Shown here: positions 51,461 through 64,000 of the stretch, in pieces | Position numbering within the stretch: the stretch's first letter is position 1 | Layout of the letters: the number at the start of each line of letters is the position of its first letter | From: Octopus sinensis | Lineage: Eukaryota | Length of the DNA stretch: 64,000 nucleotides | Direction: 5' to 3' | NCBI RefSeq assembly: GCF_006345805.1 | Contig: NC_043023.1 | Coordinates: forward strand, 12,462,001 to 12,526,000 | Made by a program: the position numbers and the translations under genes | The notes under the pieces: generated by a model | What the model was told of the DNA's origin: nothing | Seen by the model: the letters and a program-made list of their open reading frames with translations, nothing else | The model's database searches: none

Positions 51461-54400
51461 TCTTTCGGTGTCTTTGACGGGGTCCAGTTCGTGCGCTGGA
51501 AACGGTCGTAGATTAGAATATGTGAGTGTATATATTCTATATTACCTTGAAGGTAAAATCGTTGACAGAATGGGACAAAGAAGACACCGGAACGAAACGA
51601 ACCAGTCATAGAAAATTGAAGAACTATAATCATATAAAGGGATATAACTTTCCTTAATTAATTAATTAAGGTGCTTAATTAACGATCGCTGACTCGTTGT
51701 TTGTATCTGAATACGGTAAGTTGACAAAGATTTATTTTAAGGCTGTAATGATGATGATAATACCAATAATGATAAGGTACTACTAGCGAACAGTGGTCCC
51801 GGTGCGCGCACTTGTGTATCCGCGCTTGCTAGTCGTAAGTAGTCGATCCTACAATTTTTAAAACTAAGTAAATACGTTATTTTTGTAAACAAACTAAGGT
51901 TAGGGTTAAAAAGTCGTAGGATCGACTACATACGACTAGCTAGCACGGATGCGCGAGTGCGCGCACCGGGACCACTGTTCGCTAGTAGTACCGCGCACCT
52001 CTCCAAGATAATGACACTTACTTGGGAGAAAAAGTTAGGAAATGGGAAATATATCCAGAATACATAAAGTATGGAGAAAATTAGAAAGATTAATCTATTT
52101 TTTAAATATTTTATACTAAAAAATAAAATACGGAGAACGGGCACTCGCGAATATAAACAAACATATAAGGGTACTATTTAAGAAGAGAGGTCCCGGTGGG
52201 CGCGCTAGCTAGTCGTGACTAGTCGATCCTTACTTTGTATTTTTGTTTTAAAAAAATTATATTCTTTGTTTGAAAAAATGAGCGTAACTTCGGTATAGAT
52301 ACCGGAAGTACCAGATACATTTGAAGAAGGTCTTTTTTTTTTTATATATGGGGGGTTATGGTTAAGGGTTGTGTTAGGGGAGGGAGAAACGGGTTTCTGT
52401 TATCTTCAGAAATGTAAACAAAGCCACTTACGGTACTTATACCGAAGGATCACCAAAAAATTATTTATTTTGTGTTTTAATTACTTTGGTAGGTAGTCGT
52501 TGTAGGATCGACTAGTCACGACTAACTAGCGCAAGTGCGCTCACCGGGACCACTCTTTTTAAATAGTACCAGAGAAAATTAGAACGATTAATCTATTTTT
52601 TAAACTATTTTATACTAAAAAATAAAATACGCAGAACGGGCACTCGCGAATATAAACAAACATGTATGTACGTATACGTATGTATTTAAGCATATATATT
52701 TATTATTATATATACATATATGTGTGTGTGTAAGGGTGAAAGAAATTGAATATTAATTAATAACATCAATTTCGTATGGATTTTGGCGTTTGGTTCAGCA
52801 AATTATGTTTTTGATATACTCTACCGATGATTCGAAAATGATTTGTAAGTAAAATTACACAATCTATTAACGATGAAACAATTGTATAGAGTTAATCCAT
52901 TTTTTCGTTATTTTTCATTTGTCCTGCCCGCTTACATTCTTGGCGTGTTGAATTAACGCTTGAGAACAACAATTCTTTAGTGGTGGATTCCCTTTGCGGA
53001 TCTATTTCTAGCGTTAGAGTGACCACATGTGGTCCCTCCCCTAATACTTGTATATATATATATATATACCAGGTGGTGCTATTAAGTTAGACATGGCCTG
53101 GGCCAATAAAGGCCGAAACCTATCAAAATATCAAAGTATGTGTGTGTGTGTGTTGGATCGACTACTTACGACTAGCTAGCACGGATGCGCGCACTGTTCG
53201 CTAGTAGTACCGCGCACCTCTCCAAGATAATGACGCTTACTTGTGAGAAAAAGTTAGGAAATGGGAAATATATCCAGAATACATAAAGTATGGAGAAAAT
53301 TAGAAAGATTAATCTATTTTTTAAATATTTTATACTAAAAAATAAAATACGGAGAACGGGCACTCGCGAATATAAACAAACAGACAAGGGTGTAAGAGTT
53401 AGCAGTTCCTTCTCTAAGCTTGGATTCGAAATCGAATCCAAGAATCATCGGTCGTCAAATACCAATGCATGTATAGGCGCGAAATTAAGAATCCCTTTGT
53501 TCTGACAAAAACTGATTGATCATCTCCCTTTGACCTCCGACCTGAGCAATGTCAGGACAAAGGGATTCTTAATTTCGCGCCTATACATGCATTGGTATTT
53601 GACGACCGAAGATTCTTGGACTCGATTTCGAATCCAAGCTTAGAGAAGGAAGTGCTAACTCTTACAAGGGTACTATTTAAGAAGAGAGGTCCAGGTGCGC
53701 GCATCCGCAGTAGCTAGTCGTGACTAGTCGATCCTTACTTTGTACTTTTGTTTTATTTACTTTGTTTTAAAAAAGTTATTTTCTTTGTTTGAAAAAATGA
53801 GCGTAACTTCGGTATAGGTACCGGAAGTACCAGATACATTTCAAGAAAGTGTCTTTTTTTTTATATATGGGGGGTTATGGTTAAGGTTTGTGTTAGGGGT
53901 GGGAGAAAAGGGTTTCAGTTATCTTCAGAAATGTAAACAAAGCCACTCACGGTACCTATACCGAAGGATCACCAAAAAATTATTTATTTTGTGTTTTATT
54001 TACTTTGCTAGGTAGTCGTTGTAGGATCGACTAGTCACGACTAACTAGCGCGAGTGCGCGCACCGAGACTACTCTTTTTAAATAGTACCAGAGAAAATTA
54101 GAACGATTAATCTATTTTTATAACTATTTTATACTAAAAAATAAAATACGCAGTACGGGCACTCGCGAATATAAACAAACATGTATGTACGTATACGTAT
54201 GTATTTAAGCATATATATGTATTATTATATATACATATGTGTGTGTGTAAGGGTGAAAGAAATTGAATATTAATTAATAACATCAATTTCGTATGGAGTT
54301 TGGCGTTTGGTTCAGCAAATTATGTTTTTGATATACTCTACCGATGATTCGAAAATGATTTGTAAGTAAAATTACACAATCTATTAACGATGAAACAATT

Positions 54401-54564
54401 GTATAGAGTTAATCCATTTTTTCGTTATTTTTCATTTGTCCTGCCCGCTTACATTCTTGGCGTGTTGAATTAATGCTTGAGAACAATTCTTTAGTGGTGG
54501 ATTCCCTTTGCGGATCTATTTCTAGCGTTAGAGTGACCACATGTGGTCCCTCTCTTAATTCTTG

Positions 54565-54596
<32 letters not shown>

Positions 54597-55720
54597 CGTG
54601 TGTGTGTGTATACAAATATATTTGTAGTGAATCTTGCACGCATGAAGTAGATTGGATCCACTATAGCCAAAATTTTATTTAACCCTTCAAAATTTTTCCC
54701 ACAGCAGAACAATAGAGAAATCTCTATACAGAATGTTGTAAACGTTTCAATGCCTCAATGGATTCTGACCCCTGCAAACATAGACATTAAATGGATGACA
54801 GTGTTGATGTTGTAAGATTTGCAATGTTGAATTACTATGTCGTTTAATAATTCTCTTTATCTCACTGCTTCTTTTTTTTCCTATTTCAGAATATAACATC
54901 CTGTTGATATGAAAGAAATTGCTTCATTCAGATGTGCCTCTGATATTTTATCAGCTCCCATCAACCAAAGGAAGAGGATATATTTATAAGGAGCATTCAT
55001 CAATACATCAAACTCATCTTATAAAGGAAATCTGTGAAAAACAACAGCAAAATATTTCTTCTGGACGATGGAATTAACAGCAACAATTTGAAGTCTTTGC
55101 TGTCTGGAATATAGAGGAGATGATTGTTTTACAGGTTAATTAAGCTTGGATGACTTTACAAAGGGGTAGACAATTGTCACCTCTTGATTTAGATATTAAG
55201 CAAAATCACAGATGAAAGAAGCATAGCATTAAATTATTCTCTGAAAATAGCAACACAAATATATTCATAGAAATGAAATTTTTTCCTACTTCAGAATATC
55301 ATACCATGTTGATTTAAAAGAAATTTCTTCATTCAGATGTGTGTCTGATATTTTGATTGACTTTCATCAATTAAAGGAAGACCATATATTCATAAGGCAC
55401 ATTCATCAATACATCAGCCTCTTTATATAAATAAAATCTTCGCCGAACGATGGGGAAATATTTCTTCTGGATGATGGAATTAAGAGCAACATTTTTTTTG
55501 CCATCTGGAATGTAGAGATGATGATGAACCTACAGGTTAAGTTTGAGTAACTTTACAAAAGAGTTAACCAATTTATATCTTCTGTTTTAGATATTAAGCA
55601 AGATCACCAATGAAAGTAACATAACATTTAATTATTCTCTGATGCATTTGAACACAAACATTCATAGAAATGAAACAGATACTATCATTGTGATATGTTT
55701 AACGAAATTATTCTCTCATA

Positions 55721-57958
55721 ATGAATAATTCAATTAAAGCAAAAATCTGTGATAAAACAGGGAAGCCATATCACTGTGATATCTGTGGTAAGTCATTCTC
55801 TAAAAGTGGTAATCTAAGAAGGCACAGACGTGTTCATACAGGAGAAAAACCATATCAGTGTGATATCTGTAGTAAATCATTTTCTGACAATAGCACTTTA
55901 ACTGATCACAAATTTATTCATACTGGGGAAAAGCCGCATCAATGTGATATCTGTGGTAAATCATTTTCTCGAAGAGCTGAATTACCTAGACACAAACGTA
56001 CTCATACAGGAGAGAAACCATATCAGTGTGATATCTGTGGTAAATCATTTTCTCGAAGTGATGACTTACCTAAACACAAGCGTACTCATACAGGTGAGAA
56101 ACCATATCAGTGTGATATCTGTGGTAAATCATTTTCTCGAAGTGATGACTTACCTAGACACAAACGTACTCATACAGGAGAGAAACCATATCAGTGTGAT
56201 ATCTGTAGTGAATCATTTTCTCAAAATGGCAATTTAACTTGTCACAAATTTATTCATACTGGGGAAAAGCCGCATCAGTGTGATATCTGTGGTAAATCAT
56301 TTTCTCGAAGTGCTGACTTACCTTTACACAAACGTACTCATACAGGAGAGAAACCATATCAGTGTGATATCTGTGGTAAATCATTCTCTACCAGTGGTGT
56401 CTTACCTAAACACAAACGTACACATACAGGAGAAAAGCCCCATCATTGTAATATCTGTGGTAAATCATTTTCTAGAAGTAACATTTTAACCAGACACCTA
56501 CGTATTCATACAGGAGAGAAGCCATACCATTGTGATATCTGTGGTAAATCATTCGCTAGAAATTGTTCTTTGAGTAGACATATACGTATTCATACTGGGG
56601 AAAAACCATATCAATGTGATATCTGTGGTGCATCATTCTCTGAAAATAGCCCTTTAACCAGACACCTACGTATTCATACAGGAGAGAAGCCATATTGTAA
56701 TATCTGTGGTAAATCATTTTCCCAGCCTTCTACTTTAAAAGGGCACATACGTATTCATACAGGTGAGAAGCCATTTCAGTGTGATGTCTGTGGTAAATCA
56801 TTCTCTGAAAATAGCTATTTAACCAGACACCTACGTATTCATACAGGAGAGAAGCCATATCATTGTGATATCTGTGGTAAATCCTTTTCTGATAAAAGCA
56901 CTTTAACTCATCACAAATTTATTCATACTGGGGAAAAGCCGCATGAGTGTGATATTTGTGGTAAATCATTTTCTCGAAATGCTGACTTACCTAAACACAA
57001 ACGTACTCATACAGGTGAGAAACCATATCAGTGTGATATCTGTGGTAAATCATTCTCTACCAGTAGTGACTTATCTACACACAAACGTACACATACAGGA
57101 GAAAAGCCCCATCATTGTACTATCTGTGGTAAATCATTCACTAGAAATAGTAGTTTGACTAGTCATATACGTATTCATACTGGGGAAAAACCATATCAGT
57201 GTGATATCTGTGGTAAATCATTCTCTAACAGTAGTGAGTTACCTACACACAAACGTACACATACAGGAGAGCACCCATACCATTGTGATATCTGTGGTAA
57301 ATCATTCACTACAAATAGTTATTTGACTACTCATATACGTATTCATACTGGGGAAAAACCATATCAGTGTGATATCTGTGGTAAATCATTTTCCCATAAT
57401 TCTATTTTAAATGGTCACAAACGTATTCATACAGGTGAGAAGCCACATCATTGTGATATCTGTGGTAAATCATTCTCTGAAAATAGCCATTTAACTTATC
57501 ACAAACATATTCATACAGGAGAGAAGCCATATCGTTGTAATATCTGTGGTAAATCATTCACTACAAATAGTTATTTGACTACTCATATACGTATTCATAC
57601 TGGGGAAAAACCATATCAGTGTGATATCTGTGGTAAATCATTTTCCCATAATTCTATTTTAAACGGGCACAAACGTATTCATACGGGTGAGAAGCCATAT
57701 CAGTGTGATATCTGTGGTAAATCATTTTCTCACAGTAGTGACCTGTCTAATCACAAACGTATTCATACAGGTGAAAAACCATATCATTGTAATATCTGTG
57801 GTAAATCATTCTCCAGAAGTAATTATTTGTCTCGTCACAGACGTATACATACTGGGGAAAAACCATATCACTGTGATATCTGTGGTAAGTCATTTTCTAA
57901 AAAGAGCAATTTAATCAGTCACAAACGTATTCATACAGGTGAAAAACCATATCATTGA
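55721..57958 (+). CDS. C2H2 zinc-finger protein, 26 tandem fingers, 745 aa, no effector domain
   Basis: 18-aa leader plus 26 units of 28 aa (one 27 aa) with TGEKP linkers. The stop TGA sits at a Cys codon position. Confidence 0.9.
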   Translation: MNNSIKAKICDKTGKPYHCDICGKSFSKSGNLRRHRRVHTGEKPYQCDICSKSFSDNSTLTDHKFIHTGEKPHQCDICGKSFSRRAELPRHKRTHTGEKPYQCDICGKSFSRSDDLPKHKRTHTGEKPYQCDICGKSFSRSDDLPRHKRTHTGEKPYQCDICSESFSQNGNLTCHKFIHTGEKPHQCDICGKSFSRSADLPLHKRTHTGEKPYQCDICGKSFSTSGVLPKHKRTHTGEKPHHCNICGKSFSRSNILTRHLRIHTGEKPYHCDICGKSFARNCSLSRHIRIHTGEKPYQCDICGASFSENSPLTRHLRIHTGEKPYCNICGKSFSQPSTLKGHIRIHTGEKPFQCDVCGKSFSENSYLTRHLRIHTGEKPYHCDICGKSFSDKSTLTHHKFIHTGEKPHECDICGKSFSRNADLPKHKRTHTGEKPYQCDICGKSFSTSSDLSTHKRTHTGEKPHHCTICGKSFTRNSSLTSHIRIHTGEKPYQCDICGKSFSNSSELPTHKRTHTGEHPYHCDICGKSFTTNSYLTTHIRIHTGEKPYQCDICGKSFSHNSILNGHKRIHTGEKPHHCDICGKSFSENSHLTYHKHIHTGEKPYRCNICGKSFTTNSYLTTHIRIHTGEKPYQCDICGKSFSHNSILNGHKRIHTGEKPYQCDICGKSFSHSSDLSNHKRIHTGEKPYHCNICGKSFSRSNYLSRHRRIHTGEKPYHCDICGKSFSKKSNLISHKRIHTGEKPYH

Positions 57959-58282
57959 GATATCTGTGGTGAGTCATTCACTATAAATAGTCATTTGACT
58001 AGACATATACGTATTCATACTAGGGAAAAACCATATCAATGTGATATCTGTGGTAAATCATTCTCTGGAATTAGCTCTTTAACCAGACACCTACTTATTC
58101 ATACAGGAGAGAAGCCATATCATTGTAATACCTGTGGTAAATCATTCTCTCTTAATAGCAATTTAGTCAGTCACAAACATATTCATACAGGTGAAAAGCC
58201 ATATCATTGTGATATTTGTGGTGAGTCATTCTCTCAAAAACGCCACTTAAGCACACATCTGAGTATTCATACACAGGTGTAA
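57959..58282 (+). other. In-frame continuation: fingers 27-30 behind the premature TGA
   Basis: Same frame as 55721 and open to TAA at 58280-58282. Confidence 0.85.
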
Positions 58283-61200
58283 TCGTATCAATACAAAAAG
58301 TTATTACAACCCGGCAGGACAAGTGAGACCATAACCCATGGCCTCTACCTGGGATGTAGCCAGTCCACTTATGCATAGCTTTCCTTCTTGGGACACAAAA
58401 CTCTTACTTGTGAAGACCTGTTGAGGCAAGTGAGAATCAAAATCGAAATCAATCAACATCAATGGAAAATGTAACTGTGATACCAGTGCCGGTGGCACGT
58501 AAAAAGCACCATCCGATCGTGGCCATTGCCAGCCTCGCCTGGCCCCCGTGCTGGTGGCACATAAAAAGCACCATCCGATCGTGGCCATTGCCAGCCTCGC
58601 CTGGCTCCCGTGCTGGTGGCACATAAAAAGCACCATCCGATCGTGGCCATTGCCAGCCTCGCCTTGCTTCCGTGCAGGTGGCTCGTAAAAAGCACCGAGT
58701 GACCGTGGCCGCTGCCAGCCTCTCCTGGCCCCTGTGCCGGTGGCATGTAAAAAGCATCCACTACACTCACAGAGTGGTTGGTGTTTAGGAAGGGCATCCA
58801 GCTGTAGAAACACTTCCAGATCAGACTGCAACCTGGTGCAGCCTCCTGGCTTCCCAGACCCCAGTCAACCGTCCAACCCATGCTAGCAGGGAAAACAGAT
58901 GCTAAACAATGATGATGAGGAGGATTCTCTATTGTTTCCTGTGACAGACAGCTGTTCTTTTGTGTACTGGACATTTCCAATGTTTTGTTATTAAACATTT
59001 TGTAAAAATAAAATTTTTTGTGCATGCTTATTCTCTCTTTGTCTTTCTCTTTTACTTGTTTCAGTCGTTTGACTGTGGCCATGCTGGAGCACCACCTTTA
59101 ATAGAGCATCTTGACCCCGGGACTTATTCTTTTGTAAGCCGAGTACTTATTCTATCAGTCTGTTTTGCCGAACTGCTAAGTGACGGGGACATAGACACAC
59201 CAGCATCGGTTGTCACGCAATGCTAGGGGAACAAACACAGACACACAAACACGCGCATATATACATATATACGACAGGCTTCTTTCAGTTTCTGTCTACC
59301 AAATCCACTCACAAGACTTTGGTTGGCCTGAGGCTATAGTAGAGGATAATGACCCAAGGTGCCACGCAGTGGGACTGAACCCGGAACCATGTGTTTGGTA
59401 AGCAAGCTACTTACCATACAGCCACTCCTGCACCTATATGTATATTGTGATTACATTTTCTTTTGAGTTGTCATATTTTGTGCCACATCTTCTGGGTAAT
59501 CGGTAGCCATCTTATTTCTGGTGCCACTACAACCTTTCTATTTTCATGCCCTGCACTCGAGGGGGAGCCTTGTAGTGACACCTAGTCCCAGACGCCATTT
59601 TAGGATTTTGATCCACGCATGCACAGGGGTAAGAGCCTGCTGGAAGCCCCTTATGCGCATGTGCAGTCTTCAGCATCCGCTAGGCTTGACCGCTGTCCTC
59701 TCTCTCTCTCTTCGCCCCTGCTTCCAACCAAGCCGGACGCAACTTCACCAGCTCCATGTGGCTGGAATTCTGAAGGCGATCCATGACTTCAGCGAATCTG
59801 TGGAGTATGCCTTCACAATCGTGATTAAAGTGACTCTGCAGCTTCCGCACCAAGGCGACCTAGCTACTGATTGTCCAGAGATGTAACGCTTGTACAGACA
59901 GAAAAATAAATATTGTTATTTGTTCAGAGATCCTTGTTCTATTGATTTTTTTAATGTCTTTGCGGGGTGACTGGGGAAATGTAAAGATATGCACGACCAC
60001 CCTTGGACGGTTTTGAATGACCATAGAAAATGCGAGCCCTCTAACTGAAAAATTGTGGATTTGTATAAAGGACACGCACACACAGAGAGACATTTGGCCA
60101 TTTATATATATAGAAATGTTGATGTAATTCAGCCTAAGGAGACATCTACAGCTGGCTACACGACATGATCTGTTTATATTCGTGAGTACCGGAAGTACCA
60201 GATACATTTCAAGAAAGTGACTTTTTTTTATATATGGGGGGTTATGGTTAAGGTTTGTGTTAGGGGTGGGAGAAAAGGGTTTCTGTTATATTCAGAAATG
60301 TAAACAAAGCCACTCACGGTACATATACCGAAGGATCGCCAAAAAATTATTTACTTTGTGTAAAAAAAATATTTATTTTGTGTTTTATTTAATTTGGTAG
60401 GTAGTAGTTGTAGGATCGACTAGTCACGACTAACTAGCGTGAACCGGGACCACTCTTTTTAAATAGTACCGGAGGAAATTAGAACGATTAATCTATTTTT
60501 TAAACTATTTTATACTAAAAAATAAAATACGCAGAACGGGCACTCGCGAATATAAACAAACATGTATGTACGTATACGTATGTATTTATGCATATATATG
60601 TATTATTATGTATACATATATGTGTGTGTGTAAGGGTGAAAGAAATTGAATATTAATTAATAACATCAATTTCGTATGGATTTTGGCATTTGGTTCAGCA
60701 AATTATGTTTTTGATATACTCTACCGATGATTCGAAAATGATTTGTAAGTAAAATTACACAATCTATTAATGATGAAACAATTGTATAGAGTTAATCCAT
60801 TTTTTCGTTATTTTTCATTTGTCCTGCCCGCTTACATTCTTGTCATGTTGAATTAATGCTTGAGAACAATTCTTTGGTCGGTATGAGGCTATAGTAGAAG
60901 ATACTACCCAAGGTGCAACGCAGCGGGACTGAACCTGGAACCATGTGTTTGGTAAGCAAGCTACATACCACACAGCCACTCCTGTGCCTATATGTATACT
61001 GTGATTACATTTTCTTTTGAATTGTCATATCTTGTGCCACATCTTCTGGGTAATCGGTAGCCATCTTATTTCTGGTGCCACTACAATCTTTCTCTTTTCA
61101 TGCTCCGCACTAAAGGGGGAGCCGTGTAGTGACACCTGGTCCCAGACGCCATTTTAGGATTTTCATCAACGCATGCACAGGGGTAAGAGCCTGCTGGAAG

Positions 61201-63737
61201 CCCCTTATGCACATGTCCAGTCATCAGCATCAGCTAGGCTTGACCGCTGTCCTCTCTCTCTCTTCGCCCCTGCTTCCAACCAAGCCGGACGCAACTTCAC
61301 CAGCTCCGTGTGGCTGGAATTCTGAAGGCGATCCATGACTTCAGCGAATCTGAGAAGTATGCCTTCACAATCGTGATTAAACTGTCTCTGCTGCTTCCAC
61401 ACCAAGGCGATCTAGCTACTGATTGTCCAGAGATGTAACGCTTGTACAGACAGAAAAATAAATATTGTTATTTGTTCAGAGATCCTTGTTCTATTGATTT
61501 TTTAATGGCTTTGTGGGTGACTGGGGAAATGTGAAGATGTGCACCACCCACCTTGGACGGTTTTGAATGACCATAGAAAGTGCGAGCCCTCTAACTGAAA
61601 AATTGTGGATGTGTATAAAGGACAAGTACACACAGACAGACATTTGGCCATTTATATATAGAGAGATGTTGATGTAATTCAGCCTAAGGAGACATCTACA
61701 GCTGGCTACACGACATGATCTGTTTATATTCGCGAGTGCCCGTTCTCCATATTTTATTTGTTAGTATAAAATACTTTTAAAAAATGGAAGACCCGGCAAA
61801 ACCAGTGAGAACAGTCAAAATCAAAATCAAAGCAAATCAATTCATATATCAGAAAGCAGAACCAAATTGAGGTCGATCAACATCAGTGGGAATTGCAGCT
61901 GTGGTTAACCGAACCATCCGATCGTGGTCGTTTTCGGCGCTGCCCCGTCTAGCCTCCGTGTCGGTGGCACGTAAAAGCACCACCCGTTCGTGTCCGTTGC
62001 CAGCCTCACCTGGACCCCGTGCCGGTGACACGTAAAAGCACCATCCATTCGTGGCCATTTTCCAGCTCTGTGTGGCCCCCGTGTCGGTGGCACGTAAAAG
62101 CACCACCCGTTCGTGTCCGTTGCCAGCCTCGCCTGGACCCCGTGCAGCTGACACGTAAAAGCACCATCCGTTCGTGGCCGTTTGCCAGCTCTGTCTGGCA
62201 CCTGTGTGGGTGGCGCGTAAAAAGCACCCACTACACTCACGGAGTGGTTGGTGTTAGGAAGGGCATCCAGCCGTAGGAACACTGCCAGATCTGACTGGGC
62301 TTGATGAAGCCTTCCAGCTTCACACACCCCAGTTGAACCGTCCAACCCATGCTAGCATTGAAAACGGACGCTAAATAATGATGATGATGATGATGAATCT
62401 TCCTAATTTTCGGCAGATTTAAGAATTATCTTTTAAATCTGTAGGTCAAAAGGTAAAAATCCCAGCACTTCTCTATTTCCTTTCGTAATTGTGCATTATG
62501 TTGGGAGCGGGGCCATCTTTTCCCTCCCCGTTGTCATTGGAAGAATTAATCAACCTTCGAATATCGAACACACGACACTACATTCCATCCACTGATGGTT
62601 CTCTCAAAGTAGCAACTTAATTATACATGAGAGAAAATAGATCACTGTGATCATCATCATCATCATCGTTTAACGTCCGATTTCCATTGTAGCATGGGTT
62701 GCACGATTTGATTGAGAACTGGCGAACCAAGAGGCAGCACCAGGCTCCAATCTGATCTGGCAGAGTTTCTACAGCTGGATGCCCTTCCTAACACCAACCA
62801 GCTGCAGAAACTCTACCAGATCAGATTGGAGCCTGGTGCTGCCATCTGGTTCGCCAGCTGTTCTCTGGGAATAATGGGGATCTTTTCGGTTTGAACGGCA
62901 GGTTTTTAAATTTCTAGGTAACTAAAAAAATTTTAAACTTCATATACAGATAGAATGTATTTATAAAGCATCTTTTTCTTTGGCTTTATTGAGAAAATTC
63001 TGTAGTTTGTAACATCTTTTTTGTTTTTTTCTGCACTTTCAACCAATCAATGATGTCTATTGAGGTAAAAAAAAACATTATGTGCCTTATGAATATGTCC
63101 CTCGTTTAAGAAACAGATTGGGTTTATTTACATTTTAGAAGAAAAAAAGATACCCTTCCCCCACCTCTAACCTTAACACATATTGAAATGCAATAGATCG
63201 ATCCTAGGGTCATAATTATGGGTGATAATTTCATATGACACCGCTACAAAAAACTGCCGGTCAAAGTAAATAATAAGGTGATGCTTCGATATATATGTAC
63301 ACACGTGACTTTGTTTACATTTGGGAAGATAACAGAAAGCCTTTTCTCCCCACTCCTAACCCTAACACGGGGACATTCTTTTTAAAAACTGCCGTTCAAA
63401 CCGAAAAGATCCCAAATATCTTACAAACTATAGAATTTTCTCAATAAAGCCAAGAGAAACAGATGTTTTATAAACACATTCTACCAGTATACGAAGTTTA
63501 AAAGTGTTTAGTTACTCTCTTTTTTACTCTTTTACTTGTTTCAGTCATTTGACTGCGGCCATGCTGGAGCACCTCCTTTAATCGAGCAAATCGACCCCGG
63601 GACTTATTCGTTGTAAGCCCAGTACTTATTCTATCGGTCTCTTTTTGCCGAACCGCTAAGTGACGGGGACATAAACACACCAGCATCGGTTGTCAAGCAA
63701 TGCTAGGGGGACAAACACAGACACACAAACACATACG

Positions 63738-63781
<44 letters not shown>

Positions 63782-63930
63782 TACGACGGGCTTCTTTCAG
63801 TTTCCGTCTACCAAATCCACTCACAAGGCTTTGGTCGTGGAAATTATTTTAAAAAACTGCCGGTCAAACCGAAAAGATCCCCAAAAGGTATCCAAGCATT
63901 GTTCTTTAGATGAGAGAGAAGTGTGAAGGA

Positions 63931-64000
63931 AGGACAATGATTGGACAGGAGAGAAAATGACGTCAGAAACGGATGGGAAGTGCAACGGCCTGACGTCACA
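63931..64000 (+). promoter_or_regulatory. Promoter block of the next duplication unit
   Basis: ATTGG 63940, TGACGTCA 63958 and 63991, GGAAGTG 63976; near-identical to 51361-51430. Confidence 0.6.

Noticed and set aside
55944-57914. Alternative-frame ORFs (ISVISVVNH repeats) and antisense ORFs over the finger arrays
   Set aside because: Shadows of the 84-bp finger repeat.

Overview
Eukaryotic, AT-rich, repeat-dense DNA. The repeat families and effector-less tandem C2H2 genes suggest a coleoid cephalopod, probably Octopus (inferred from recall, no search run). The window is part of a C2H2 zinc-finger gene cluster with four + strand paralogs: a decayed copy (~270-780), an intact 8-finger gene (20822-21532), a frameshifted ~18-finger copy (44284-45820) and a 26-finger ORF (55721-57958) followed in frame, past one TGA, by 4 more fingers. 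From ~34 kb on, the locus is built of ~12-12.5 kb tandem units (promoter, non-coding exon, MITE-rich intron, duplicated leader, finger array); a further unit starts at the window end. A ~7.8 kb 26-bp minisatellite (4645-12410) explains the giant minus-strand ORFs and appears to have expanded inside an old retroposon. The rest is nested TEs: tRNA-type SINEs, an RTE-related retroposon, a CR1/L2-type LINE, two Gypsy remnants, a solo LTR, Helitrons, mariner, piggyBac-, Merlin- and Ginger-like MITEs, and Penelope-like fragments with hammerhead-like motifs in (TA)n tracts. No rRNA, true tRNA or CRISPR array was seen. Coordinates were read by eye, so repeat boundaries are approximate. I found no clearly new system; the best leads are ranked in findings.
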